Positions 29,830-42,840 of a stretch of 64,000 nucleotides of DNA are shown piece after piece. The number at the start of each line of letters is the position of its first letter. The stretch's first letter is position 1. The stretch is from positions 210,118,001 through 210,182,000 of the forward strand of contig OX597814.1 of NCBI GenBank assembly GCA_951406725.2, written 5' to 3'. The position numbers and the translations under genes are program-made. The DNA comes from Octopus vulgaris. Taxonomy: Eukaryota. The notes beneath the pieces were generated by a model. It was not told the DNA's origin. It searched no databases and was given only the letters and a program-made list of their open reading frames with translations.

Positions 29830-30230
29830 ATTTCTTTATTGCCACAAGGGGCTAAACATAGAGGGGACAAATAAGGACAAACAAAAGGATTAAGTCGATT
29901 ACATCGATCCCAGTACGTAAATGGTACTTAATTTATCGACCCCCGAAAGGATGAACAGCAAAGTCGACCTCGGTGGAATTAGAACTCAGAACGTAACGGC
30001 AGACGAAATACCTATTTCTTTATTACCCACAAGGGGCTAAACACAGAGAGGACAAACAATGACGGACAAACGGATTAAGTCAATTATATCGACCCCAGTG
30101 CGTAACTGGTACTTATTTAATCGACCCTGAAAGGATGAAAGGCAAAGTCGACCTCGGGGGAATTTTAACTCAGAACGTAACGGCAGACGAAATACCGGTA
30201 AGCATTTCGCCCGGCGTGCTCGCCGCCTTA
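29830..30230 (-). mobile_element. SINE family C dimer, second copy within the tandem duplication
   Basis: Almost identical to 29096-29495, including flanks. Confidence 0.9.
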
Positions 30231-30257
30231 TACGTATAATATCTTGTTGCATATTTA

Positions 30258-30442
30258 TTTTTATTTATGCGCCCAGTTGTCGCAAAAGAGTACAACAGGG
30301 GTCGCCACCACCACCTGCCGGAACCTCGTGGAGCTTTAGGTGATTTCTTTCAATAAACACACACAACGCCCGGTCTGGGAATCGAAACCGCGATCCTCCG
30401 ACCGCGAGTCCGCTACCCTAACCGCTGAGCCATTGCGCCTCC
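30258..30442 (-). mobile_element. SINE family B, short-tail variant
   Basis: tRNA-like head; 13-bp TSD tgttgcatattta at 30245-30257 and 30443-30455. Confidence 0.9.
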
Positions 30443-31744
30443 TGTTGCATATTTACTGCCGGTAAAATCGAATTCTACATAATATTTTTTTTCCATTATA
30501 TTTTCATATTCTTGTGAACCCATTCTATTTTTGTTTGCAATAAAATGTCGTGCATTAGTAATTCAAAAATTCATGTGACTTTATACTATAAATTTTGTAC
30601 TGAAACATTATTAATACATCAGCCAATATTTTATGTATTTGATATACTATTAAGTCTTTACAAACTCAGTGTGTTCCACAATATTGCCTTTAATACCGAG
30701 GTTGTTGCAAAATTGAAATTGTACAAACCATAAATCATCACATAGTATTACCAAAGCTCTCAATCGAATGTACACTGTATATTTCATAGGTATATAATTT
30801 AATTTTCTTCCATTTCTTGCTGCTATTGCCATTTTAAAAATTAATTTCTTTACATTTTTGTTTCTCGTCACCACGTAAAATGTATCTCAATAGCATATCT
30901 GGTATGCCTTTTTAATTACAAACACGCGTTATGTTAACATAACTGAATATTTCCGTGACTTTTTTTTTTTTTTATCTCCAGCTATAGAAACAGCGAAATG
31001 TCATTTTCTGAAAAATCTAATGTTACAGTATGATAAAAAAGTAAAATCCAATTTTAATGTATTTTATACACTTATTCTGCTTTTATTTTCCTACATGAAC
31101 ATTTGAGTCTGAAATATAGGTTCAATTTATTTAGACATCAGTTTGCATTAAGTTATTTTAAATCGAATTTCTGTTCCAAGTTTCTTATTCGCTAGCTATG
31201 TTGTTGTAAACATGCTAAATGTAACCCCGAAAGTATGTTGACCTACATCTTATTTGTACAAAGTTTCGAATGAAATGTCTTATATATATGTTGTATCTAA
31301 TTCTTTAAAAGGGATCGTTTCTAATGTTGTATGTAGCAGAAGCGTTGAATTACCCGACCTGAATATACTCAACTCTTTTTCTTATACGCCAACTGTTAAA
31401 CTTGAAATATTGTTATCGTAGATTTGTCACATGTCGATCCTGATCTAGTAGACATGAACAAATTTTTTGAGCACTAATTACCTGCCCTTTCTTGTAGGTA
31501 ATTTGTGCCACATTCACATTGCTAACCAGCCTTCGTTTATCAAGAGCGATTTGCACGAAAAGTGACAACATCTATGTTGTATCGTGGAAACTGAAGCGCT
31601 ACCTTGATGGTTCCAGAGGCTACATCATCAGTAATGTGTAAGAAAATCTAGTTATAAAGTGTCTAGCTGTATCGGATTAACGAAATTTCATAGGTCCTCT
31701 AAAGTTCAAATCAAAGTTAAAGGAAATGAGCATCAATGTGGTTT

Positions 31745-32050
31745 GTGGAGGCACATGGGTTAGTGGTTACAGCAGTGGACTCGTGGTCGAGGGATCACGG
31801 GTTCGAATCTCAGACTGGGCGACGTGTGTGTTTATGAGCAAAATACCTAAGCTCCACACGGCTCCGGCAGAAGATAATGGCGAACTTCTGCTGACTCTTT
31901 CGCCACAACTTTCTCTCACTCTTTCCTCCTGCATCTTGCAGCTCACCTGCGACGGACCGGTGTCCCGTCCAGGTGGGGAACCTATATGCCCAAGAAACCA
32001 GGAAAACGGCCCTTATGAGCCAGGCGTGGCTTGAGAAGGAACAAACAAAA
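31745..32050 (+). mobile_element. SINE family B with V-domain-like 3' part
   Basis: tRNA-like head, then ctgcgacggaccggtgtcccgtccaggtg; near-identical to 45161-45458. Confidence 0.85.
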
Positions 32051-32770
32051 AAAATTAATGTGGTGTGAAAACAACTTTGGAACTGCAGTGGCTGTGATAG
32101 GCATGAACTTCTATGTTGTTACCTGTGTTTCATGAACGAGCAACATAACTTAAGGAGTATATATATAATGTATAGATATGCTTTAAGTACCGCTCCGTAT
32201 ATTGAAAAATTTACAGTCGCTTCACCCAATTGACCATACACATCTGCATCTGAAATAATCTGCTTCGTCTCAGCAATTATCCATACTCTTGTCTCCATGT
32301 TCGACGTCATGATGATGATTATCCCCTTATGGCAGCACTTATTTCTTTGCTTCCCTTGCTACATTATGTACATGTGATTTGTTCATGAATGTGTTCCACA
32401 TTTATTCTGAGGAAATGTGTAAACGTAGATTTTTCAAGGCAAGTCTTTACTATAGCAGGAATTTGCTCAACATAATCTTAATTCGGTTGCCTTCGTCCCC
32501 CAATTTCTGCCTCCCTAAACTATATATATATTTTAGGACGCTAAAATTTTAGATTATTTTCCTTTTCTGCGCTTATGACACAAAATTTCTACCCAGTATC
32601 AGCCGCTAATACTTTTGATGTAACTATGATAGTTGTTAGCCACAGCCAGCCCTGATCCTCATCGAATTGACTTATCACTGTTTTCTACTGTTTTCCTATC
32701 GTTTTTCTTGAATTCGAAACGTCATCATCCAGAGTGCCTCTTCTTTTATATATATATATATATATATATA

Positions 32771-32939
32771 TGGAGGCGCAATGACCCAGTGGTTAGGGCA
32801 GCGGACCTGCGTTTGGAGGATCACGGTTTCGATTCCCAGACTGGGCATTGTGTGTGTTTATTGAACGAAAACACCTAAAAGCTCCACGAGGCTCCGGCGG
32901 TGCATCTGCATGGCCGCAGTTCTGAGCTGAAACTTAAAA
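32771..32939 (+). mobile_element. SINE family B, short copy with A-like tail
   Basis: tggaggcgcaatgacccagtggttaggg...gctccacgaggctccggc...gcatggccgcag...ctgaaac. Confidence 0.8.
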
Positions 32940-33389
32940 TATATATATATTTATATATATATGTGTGTGTGTATGTGTGTACATATATACATATATATAT
33001 ATATATACACATATATATATATATATATATACACATACATATATAGATGTGTATGTAAATATGTTTCTCTGTTTGTACGTTTATGTATGTGTGTGTGTGT
33101 GAAGTAACTGAGGGAGCCTTTTATACAACGTCGTAATGTTTTCCGACTAAAACTTGACTTTATTATGCAGAGAGTTACTACAAACAACATGACTGGAAAC
33201 GACAACATCAACAACAACACAGCTGAAAATAGAACGAAAGTAACATTGCAAACTGTAAACAGACACTTTATTGCTGTACTTATAGAAGAAACCGCAACTA
33301 CTAAACACATTCTACTTGGAGTTATGTACTGGATAATCGTCTATTTAGCTCTTGAATAAGAGCGAAACAAAACCCCGCTGTTAGACGTA

Positions 33390-35215
33390 GGAAGCGATTA
33401 AAAGCATACTGGGACGATCTCCGTCCAGAACTAAATTTTGTTACTGCGAAACAATTACATTAACAAGCAACATTTATTGACCATAGGAAGAAAGTTAGTG
33501 AATTTAACTTTATTGAAGAAAGATTTGAAATTACATTTCTTCCAAACAGTATAAACAAATACGCGAAGGCAACTGACCATTGTTCCTCTACTACTACTAT
33601 AGTAAATAGCAGGCACAATCGCACCGATCGTTGCAGTAGTGGTCAGATTTATATATCGGGGAAATACGCCGTTAGTAAATTCGTTTTAGATAACACAACT
33701 TTGGCTTTGAGTAGCCTAGTACCCTATCGAAGAGAGAGTAATTTCTACCAAAGGATTAACAGACACAGTATTAACAGATATTAATGAAACTGGATAAGAA
33801 TATTTATAGCAATGTAATGAACATCCAGTATGGCAGATTGACATCTGTCTGTATGCCCTGGCGACTACTGTAAAGCAATACAAGACCGACTTTCAAAAAG
33901 TAAACAAAAGCGAAACAAGGAAAAGCGTACCACCGTGAAATTCGAAGATAGAGAAAACGGTATCTGATTTACGGAAGGCCATATCCATGCAACGATACTT
34001 ATTGGTTGCCAAGAAGCAAGTCACTATATGTCTCACAATCAAAAAGTGATAGAAGATAGAAATGATGTTTGGAGATGACAAAAAGAAAACACTCAATTGG
34101 AAACTGATCACCCTCAAGTAGGTTCTAAAAACTGTGTGTGAGAAACTCCGACATGAGAGGAAAAAACCGAAAGAAAAACAAGTAGAAAATTCAACCAGAA
34201 TGAGAAGAGAAGCAGTAGATATCATAGAAACTCCTTCACGAGAAGACATATACCTCTTCTGGAGGAAAATCTGGAGAGAACAGATGGAAATTAACGGTGC
34301 TATTCTGTGGCTGGAAGAAATTTCGAGTAATTATTGTCCGTGCATTACGCCAACACATAAAGTATCGTAGTGATACCCTTGTGATTGTGATTGAATAAAA
34401 CTCAAGATGGAAAAATACTAGGAAGAGACTTGATTGTTGCATACTGGTACAAGAAACTAACCTTCTACCGAACGTATCTTATGAATCTATATCAGCAAGC
34501 TCTCAATTGAAATAGTAGCATACCGCTCTAGTTGGCTCTGTCAGAGATGAAACTGATCCCCCAAAGCAGAGTTACCCACATGGCAAAAATCTACGGTATA
34601 TCAGAACTTAATGTATAAAATATATACAAAATGTTTAGAGGTCTCCCTTCAAGGCCACTGTGAACATAATAACATCATCACAGCAAAAGAAGTAGTTGAG
34701 CAGAAGAGAGTGTGGGGAGGTTTCGAGCAATTGTTGATAAACTAAACTGTTATATCAAAGGTGCGGAAGCATATGTAGATTTTAGTTTCACTTTCGCTGG
34801 ATTTTCAGAAAGCCTTTGACTCTGTAGAATGTCCTTGCGAAAATTTTTATAAATGTAAGCATAACAGACCAGATATAGTGATTTGGATCAGAGTAGTGAA
34901 ACTATGTACAATAGTTGAAATCTGTTACCCAGCGGATGTCAACATAAAGCTAAAGGTCAGCAAAAAACAAAAAACCTACGCTGAACTACTGAATTTTCTA
35001 CAGGTACTCAATCTGGTTCAGGTTTACTCCTGTAATCATGATATATGTAACAAACTGCCTAAGCACCAATCTTGGGAAATTAGGCTTCTCAAAACCAGAA
35101 GAGAGAAAGCTAATTAGAACATTACAGAGTGAAACCATCGATGGGACAGTCATAATCTGTATAAACATTCCACAAATTTTACTTTAAAGTCCAAACATGC
35201 AATTGCATGTGTATT
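33390..35215 (+). mobile_element. R4/Dong-like non-LTR retrotransposon relic (RT plus restriction-like endonuclease), internally deleted
   Basis: Fragments LKAYWDDLRPE, FWRKIW, IVAYWYKKL, KLIPQ, EQLLIN, LDFQKAFDSV, then almost directly HNRPDIVIW...IVEICYPAD...K..TY.EL; many stops. Confidence 0.8.
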
Positions 35216-35362
35216 AAGAGATGATAAACCTTTTTGTTTTTGCTGTAGTACGAGTTAGTTGTTTGAGACAGACGCTGATCAGTTAAAGTTAGCGTTGAGA
35301 AAATTCGAACTATTTCGCCCAAGTCTGAGGCGCGTCTAAAATCTAAAAGTTGAGTCAGTGGC

Positions 35363-35956
35363 TGTGAAGACGTTGAACCGTTGACAATGTACTACCAAAG
35401 CTTCTCATTCTGTCAGCTTTAGCTTGAGCCTGGAAGGTTACCTTTGTACTATTTTAGTCATTATTAAAAATGAGCTAAGTTTTGTTTCATCACCTCTAAG
35501 GCAGTATGCCACTTCTTCATTTGGCATTCGTATTTTTAAGCTCTTATGGACCGCTTATCGTTTTTATCCGGTTTGCTGAAATTGACGTCTACAGCAAGAT
35601 TTATATCTACATTATGACATCTGTCTTAATTTGTATTGTATCGTAGAATTGACACCAGCTCCAATTTGAAAAACCTATAAATTGTAGTAAGTGCAACTGA
35701 ATTCATGTCTTACAACTGTTATTTCTACCAGACTGTACGTCTACATCGTAATGTTTTGCATACACCTTAATTTCTGTAACTTACGTTTGTTCAGCGTTGT
35801 TTGGAAACTGTAATAAAAATTGTATTTCCTTTGAACACAGAGCAAACTTATAATATTTATCATTGCCTTTTTGTAAAACTGCCGTCTACATTTCTTGGTA
35901 CGCTGTCGACTGTGTATTTGCTAAATTGGTGACCCCGACGTGATCTGAACACGCAA
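35363..35956 (+). mobile_element. Probable LTR relic followed by a tRNA-Trp primer-binding site
   Basis: tggtgaccccgacgtgat at 35927-35944 is complementary to the tRNA-Trp 3' end including CCA; aataaa at about 35812; left boundary uncertain. Confidence 0.5.
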
Positions 35957-37676
35957 TGTGAAACCGTCAATTGGACAAGTCAAAACCTGTAAAACATTCC
36001 ACAAATGTTGCTTTCAAGTCTAGACATGCAATTGTATGCATGAGAATACATACATAAATCAAAACACACAAATCTGCACATGCGCTGACTCCAATTATTG
36101 CATTTATACACACAAACATGCACAAATATCTTGCTGATGGTTAAAATTTCAATGACGGAGCTTGGATCGAAATTAGAGACTGATTCTTTCTCGATTTCCA
36201 AAAGATCTAGGTATAAAACCGAATAACTAACGTACATATACACAAACAAACATACATACATATATCTTTCTCGCTCACACTATGTGTATATATGTGTGGG
36301 GGTATATATGTGTATATGCATGTAGATAATGCCAACGCATAAGCATATATCTCTTCTTTGTAATACTTTATAAGTGGGCTCACAAAAGAAACGTCTGACC
36401 TCAACGGGTCGAGCGGATCGAATATGTTTGTGACAACATGCCCATGGCTTTAAGTTTTACGCTAAGCACAGCTTTCTTCTTATTGATGTATCTTTATTTA
36501 GAGACCTTGAGTTGTAACTCATCTGCCTGAAGTATGCATTCATTAGCTCAGAACATGTGATAGAAGAATTGTGATACACACACACACACACACACACACA
36601 CATGCATATGCATATGCATATGTATGTATATATTTATGTATGTGTATATGTGTGTATTGATTGGTGAACTTTCAGGTTCGAAAATTACTTGATGTATAAT
36701 TTGTATGTTCTATTGTTGTAAGTTCAATTTTGCTATACCGTTACTCTGTGTTTCACAGTGCCTGTTATTCAAACGGTCCAAGAAGGTAACAAAGTTTCAA
36801 TAGTGAAAGAAAAATATTCTTAAACGCACTGAAAATTAATCATTTGGAGAGGACTGGTTGCTAAACACTGCTAAAAAGAAATCATCACACATTCATCTTT
36901 TTAATTGTCATTCACAGAGCAAGAGATATTCATCTATACGCATGCAGAACACATGATGGTTTGTCTTTAGTATCATATGTGTGCAACACACGGAAACAAG
37001 GTCAGTGGCTATTGTTTATAAAGTTTTAATTTTGATGAGTATCAAAATCTATATCAATAAGTGACCATCTTCCATGGTAGAGCAAAAGGAATAATTGAAA
37101 CAAAAGCTAGATAGTAGTTGAGAATGTTTCATTATATATTAGTGGCTGTGATATAGTCACAGAATTAAATAATGAGCTGAAATATTTGTACCTCAAGGAC
37201 TATTCTAGAGACTCCCGTATACAGAAACCGAGCGTCATGGAAATAACATACTAATACTTTGCCCAGATCGCTGAAGAAATGGTATTCCAAAGGAGTGCAT
37301 CATTACGAAAGAAATGCTTTATGTTAAAAGTTCAAAATAAATACAAATCGACTTATAATTAGAATTTTTTAGGTAGACACCGAAATTTACTTACTGGTAA
37401 ATACTAAAGGGAGGAATTGCTGTATATCAATATAAATTACCTAATCTACTCCAAATCCTTAGAGTTTTATTATGTGTGAGAGCATATCTAGCTTATTCCC
37501 TGATCAAGAATTCTTTGACCTTGAGTTCATAATTGCAATGGCGTATTAAAGTACAACGACTTTAATTATAGAGAATACGTACATATAGAAATTTATTCAA
37601 AATACAAAACGAGAAATAAGAAACTGAATGTTAAAAATGTTTTCTCATTATACTAGAGATGCCATTGTTAAGTTGA

Positions 37677-38087
37677 AGGCGGCGAGAAGAAACGTTAACA
37701 CGCCGGGCGAAATGCGTAGCCGTATTTCGTCTGCCGTTACGTTCTGAGTTCAAATTCAGCCGAGGTCGGCTTTACCTTTCATCCTTTCGGGGTCGATAAA
37801 TAAAGTACCAGTTACGCACTGGGGTCGATGTAATCGACTTAATCCGTTTGTCTGTCCTTGTTTGTCCCCTCTATGTTTAGCCCCTTGTGGGTAGTAAAGA
37901 AATAGGTATTTCAACTGCCGTTACGTTCTGAGTTCAAATTCCGCTGAGGTCGACTTTGCCTTTGATCCTTTCGGAGTCGCTAAATAAAGTACCAGTTACG
38001 CACTGGGGTCGATGTGATCGACTTAATCCGTTTGTCTGTCCTTGTTTGTCCCCTCTATGTTTAGCCCCTTGTGGGTAATAAAGAAAC
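37677..38087 (+). mobile_element. SINE family C, dimeric form
   Basis: Head plus two body units; 20-bp TSD agatgccattgttaagttga (37657-37676) / agataccgttgttaagttga (38088-38107). Confidence 0.9.
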
Positions 38088-38736
38088 AGATACCGTTGTT
38101 AAGTTGAGCTACGAATGCATTACTAAATCTTCTGTTTCAATTGTCGGCATAAACAAGTATAATTTCTATGTCTATCAGTATCTACTAGGTTATTCCAGAA
38201 TATGAACTCGCTAAAATGGATATCTCATCCCAGGAAAGATGGTCACATTGTAAATCAATTTTAAAAATCCCCAGCAACCAACCAAAACAAAACATAATTA
38301 GTAAAACAAATTAAGACTTCATATTAGCAATAGCCACTTCTTGTTATGTTACATTTATACATGAAATATTGAAGACGTGGATATTTTGGGGCGGAATCAT
38401 TCACACGGGTACATTTTCAAAGAAAAATTTCTGACACTTTCAACACTTAACAGACAACAACAATGAATATGCAACTATATGGAGGGCAGGGAAAGCTCTT
38501 TTAGATTAAGTTTTACTTTATGATTTATAAGGAATGAACTAGGAATATTTAACTTAATAACTATATGATATATTCAATTTTATGTTTATTATTTAACAAA
38601 TTCATTATTTATCATTGACCTATAATGGAAAAAAATAAACTAAACTAATTGACTTTTCATTCTTTTTTCATTAGAAACAAGTTAACTTGTAGAAATAAAC
38701 AAAACAACAGTGTGCAAAATATCTAAAATACATAAA

Positions 38737-38823
<87 letters not shown>

Positions 38824-38915
38824 ATACGTGTGTATATAGATATGCACATATATATATATATATATATATATACAAACACACATATATACATATATATCTG
38901 TATATATATGTATAT

Positions 38916-38967
<52 letters not shown>

Positions 38968-39138
38968 GTATATATACCGTGATGTTTATATGTATATATG
39001 TATGTATATATATGTAGATATATATACAGATATACACAAGTCCATGCATACGTATATATAAATATGTGTATATAGTGGATAGTTACAAACATGCGCTTGT
39101 GCAGTTAGCATAAACCAAAAAGGAATGCATGAACTTAC

Positions 39139-39248
39139 TTATTGTACAGTAAGATATCAGGACGCCAAATGTCACTAAAAGGAAGGCGGATGACGGACAC
39201 ATTGCCATATTTGATTGGATCCCACTGCAGCTTGTAATCGATCCAGTT
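39139..39248 (-). CDS. Internal 110-nt coding exon of a nicotinic acetylcholine receptor-type (Cys-loop ligand-gated ion channel) subunit, extracellular domain including loop A
   Basis: Minus strand reads tctgtttcacag|AACTGGATCGATTAC...CTGTACAATAA|gtaagttc and translates NWIDYKLQWDPIKYGNVSVIRLPFSDIWRPDILLYN(AA). This matches the nAChR W.DY.L.W.P..YG.V..IR.P...IW.PDI.LYN signature, and the 110-nt phase 0 to phase 2 exon is typical of nAChR genes. Subunit not assignable from one exon. Confidence 0.95.
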
Positions 39249-39667
39249 CTGTGAAACAGAAAATAATTTGGTTATTGTCTCATGAGAAGAAGAATATTCA
39301 ACATATTTAAATTGAAGAATGTTGTTCGATTCTAAAAATATGTTCGGTCTAGTCTACTTTTGCGTAACTACTTTACATGGCTGTAACGTAGTTACAATAT
39401 AACTACATAACATTACATTCTTGTACAAACAAACTGTCACATGCGTCACCACATGTTGCTGGTGATGGTTCAAAGTATAAAATAAATGGAAAGAGGTAAC
39501 GTAAATTGGAATACTTGACTGAAATGCTCAAAGGATAACGTCTTGTCGGGTCCATTAATCGAAACGAAACCTATGTAACTCTAGAAACTCATGCCTCATG
39601 TGTTTAAGTATATATCTATATGCGTATATAAATATTCTCCCTCACTCTGTCTCCCTCCCTTCTCCTA

Positions 39668-39702
<35 letters not shown>

Positions 39703-39750
39703 CTACACAAACATGCTAAGTTGGATATGTGCATGTATGTGTTTACGTAC

Positions 39751-39967
39751 GTATGTATGTATGTATGTATGTATGTATGTATGTATGTATGTATGTATGT
39801 ATGTATGTATGTATGTATGTATGTATGTATGTGTGTGTGTATGTATGTAAGTATGTATGTATGTATGTATGTATGTATTTATGTATGTATGTATGTATGT
39901 ATGTATGTATGTATGTATGTATGTATGTATGTATGTATGTATGTATATGTATGTATGTATGTATGTA
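39751..39967. repeat. (TATG)n microsatellite
   Basis: Seen directly. Confidence 0.99.
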
Positions 39968-40066
39968 TCTGAAAACATATCCAACTTACTATAATACAAC
40001 ACCGAATACTGCGTTACTAGACTCCAGGAACCCTCTCATATAGGGGCATGGTGAATAAAATAACGT

Positions 40067-41077
40067 ACATAGATCGTAGCAGACGAGCATCGCCTGCCGT
40101 GGCTACTGGAACTCCTTTATCTCGTGATTTCCTACTATTGAAAAACATTACTGGGAGAGGTCCGGTTACCGCATGCCAGTCAAACCTTGCTGCTACGATA
40201 TATTGAATATCAGCATCTTTTCAGAAAATGATATGGCAAAATGCCAGCCGGTTTATTAAAATTAATTGTTTGTGAGAGATGCAATATTAAAACCAAAATG
40301 TAATGTGATTTCTGCCAGAACAAAATCCTGCAATATGGGAGTTCCAGTGCCCATGACAGACAATTTTCGTCTGCTGCGATTTATGCGTGTGATTTTATGC
40401 ACAAGCCTCCTATTTGAGAGGATCTCTCAAGTCTGATAACATTGTATTTGGTGTCTTCACAGTTCAGCTATGTCGGATATAAAAGATTACCTTTTAATAT
40501 TAATACTACTTCAAAAGTAGTGAACAGGCAGAATTCCAGTGTGGTGAACCAGGTAAAATGCTTAGCGATCTAAGTTCAAATTCTACTGAGGTCAGCTTTG
40601 CTTTATATCATTTCGGGATCGAGAAGTTCAAATTCTGCCGTTTGTCATATCAGGATCGATAAAATAAGTACCAGTTGAGCATTGGGGTCGATGTATTTAA
40701 CTTAACCCATACCTGTCACTCGAAACTGCTGGTTTTATGCCAAAATATGCAACCAATATTGATACTGTTTCCGTTGCTAATTATCAATTTTTATTAAGCC
40801 TGCATGCTATTTGTGACGTCAAAGTTTGAAAAGAAGCTATATATAGTAGCAGCAAAATTTGATTGGCATATAATTTCCAATAGAATGCAATCATGTGATA
40901 TGGAAGGTCTGACGCCTATGACAGACGATTCTCGTCTGCTACGATCTATGTGTAAGCTTTAATGCATTAACCACCTAAATGAGAGGATCCCTCGAGTCTA
41001 ATAGCGATGTATTTGCTGTTCTAACAAGAAATGTTGAACTGGATATAAAGATTACCTTTTGATATTAATGCTGCTTC
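40067..41077. repeat. MITE-like relic: 34-bp inverted repeats plus a duplicated right end
   Basis: 40067-40100 is an inverted copy of 40918-40951; 40353-40510 is a diverged direct copy of 40918-41077. Confidence 0.6.
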
Positions 41078-41120
41078 TGTTGCGAATGACTAATATGCGT
41101 ATATATATATATATATATAT

Positions 41121-41163
<43 letters not shown>

Positions 41164-41168
<5 letters not shown>

Positions 41169-41466
41169 AAACGCAGTGGCCCAGTGGTTAGGGCAGCGGA
41201 CTCGCGGTTGTAGGATCGCGGTTTCGATTCCCAAACGTTGTGAAAGTTTATTGAGCGAAAGTACATAAAGCTCCACTAGGCTCTGGCAGGGGATGGTGGC
41301 GATCCCTGCTGCACTATTTCGCCACAACTTTCTCTCACTCTTTCTTCTGTTGGCCTGCTCGCTTAGCCAGTGGGGTGGCGTCATTTGAAGGCTAAAACAA
41401 TGCGAAGCGCATTGTGACCAGCGATGTGAAGCAACATCTGATAGCATGGTCGGTCACGGTGAACAC

Positions 41467-41470
<4 letters not shown>
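41164..41470 (+). mobile_element. SINE family B with another 3' tail
   Basis: Family B head; its tail gcctgctcgcttagccagtggg...ggtcggtcacggtga is matched in reverse at 18498-18617. Confidence 0.85.
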
Positions 41471-41529
<59 letters not shown>

Positions 41530-41600
41530 CACACACACACAGACACACATATATATATATATATATATGTTGCTAATGAATTATATGCATATATACATAC

Positions 41601-41709
<109 letters not shown>

Positions 41710-41738
41710 GCTAATGAATTATATGCATATATACGTAC

Positions 41739-41795
<57 letters not shown>

Positions 41796-42202
41796 TAAAT
41801 ATATATTTGTACATATATATTTGAATACTACCTGTCAAATTCTTAAATTCCTCATTCTCTCTTGTTTTCTTCATGCACACTTTTTTCTCCCCCTTGATCA
41901 AAATTATTTTCCCAACTTCTTCCCTCCACATTATCTTTTGCTCAAATACCACTCCTCTTGCTAATTTCTGTGATTCGGCCAAAACAGCCTCATTGAATAC
42001 TACCGGTCATACAACATTACTTAAATTAACCATTCTTCCCACTCACTATTTTTTCCTTTTAACCTTCTTTTACTCCTTATTTCTCTCTGCATTTATATTC
42101 TCCACCCCTACCGTGCTCTCTACACATTCTGATTGAATCGCCTATGTGTTAACATGTACCTCCTTGATACAATGTAAACTTTCATTTAATCAAGATATGC
42201 TT

Positions 42203-42284
42203 GGCCTGAATAGTAACCTACGTTATGTACTTCGCTTGGATGTTCACCACATCCGAAATTCCGCTCGCTATGAAACATGTAGCC
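42203..42284 (+). ncRNA. Degenerate hammerhead-like motif, core shortened
   Basis: ggc-CUGA-auag...cuau-GAAAC-au-GUA-gcc; stem I ggc/gcc, stem II auag/cuau, palindrome ACAUGU; the NGA of the core is missing. Confidence 0.45.
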
Positions 42285-42519
42285 CGGATCTAATCCAATC
42301 CATCCCTTAACTCTTGTATTATTATTCGCACAACTGGCAACACCGGTTACCTACTGTGAAATATAAACAGAACTTCTTTCAGTTTATAGCACTTCGATAT
42401 GAAAAAAATCCAAAGCCTTCCGTCTTAATAAACCACTATTGTCCCTGGAAGTTATTTTTTAATATTTACTGCTAACTTTACCCTACACCACGATCTCCGG
42501 ATCTTATATGTATGTATCT

Positions 42520-42730
42520 TGCAGAAACGTTAGCAAGCCGGGCAAAATGTTTAGCGGTATTTCGTCTGCCGCTACGTTCTGAGTTCAAATTCCGCCGAGG
42601 TCGACTTTGCCGTTCATCCTTTTGGGGTCGATTAAATAAGTACCAGTGGGGTCAATATAATCGACTTAATCCGTTTGTCTGTCCTTGTTTGTCCCCTCTA
42701 TGTTTAGCCCCTTGTGGGCAATAAAGAAAT
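42520..42730 (+). mobile_element. SINE family C monomer
   Basis: gcagaaacgttagca...gagttcaaattccgccgaggtcgactttgcc...gtgggcaataaagaaat. Confidence 0.85.
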
Positions 42731-42753
42731 AATATATATATATAAATTCTTAT

Positions 42754-42840
<87 letters not shown>

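Noticed and set aside
32119-32310. Minus-strand ADVYGQLGEATVNFSIYGAV as a possible next nAChR exon
   Set aside because: The acceptor gives the wrong phase for joining to the 110-nt exon, and there is no W.PP or Cys-loop motif.
37271-37320. CUGAAGA-stem-GAAA on the plus strand
   Set aside because: No stem III or NUH site; the region looks more like a very decayed LINE end.
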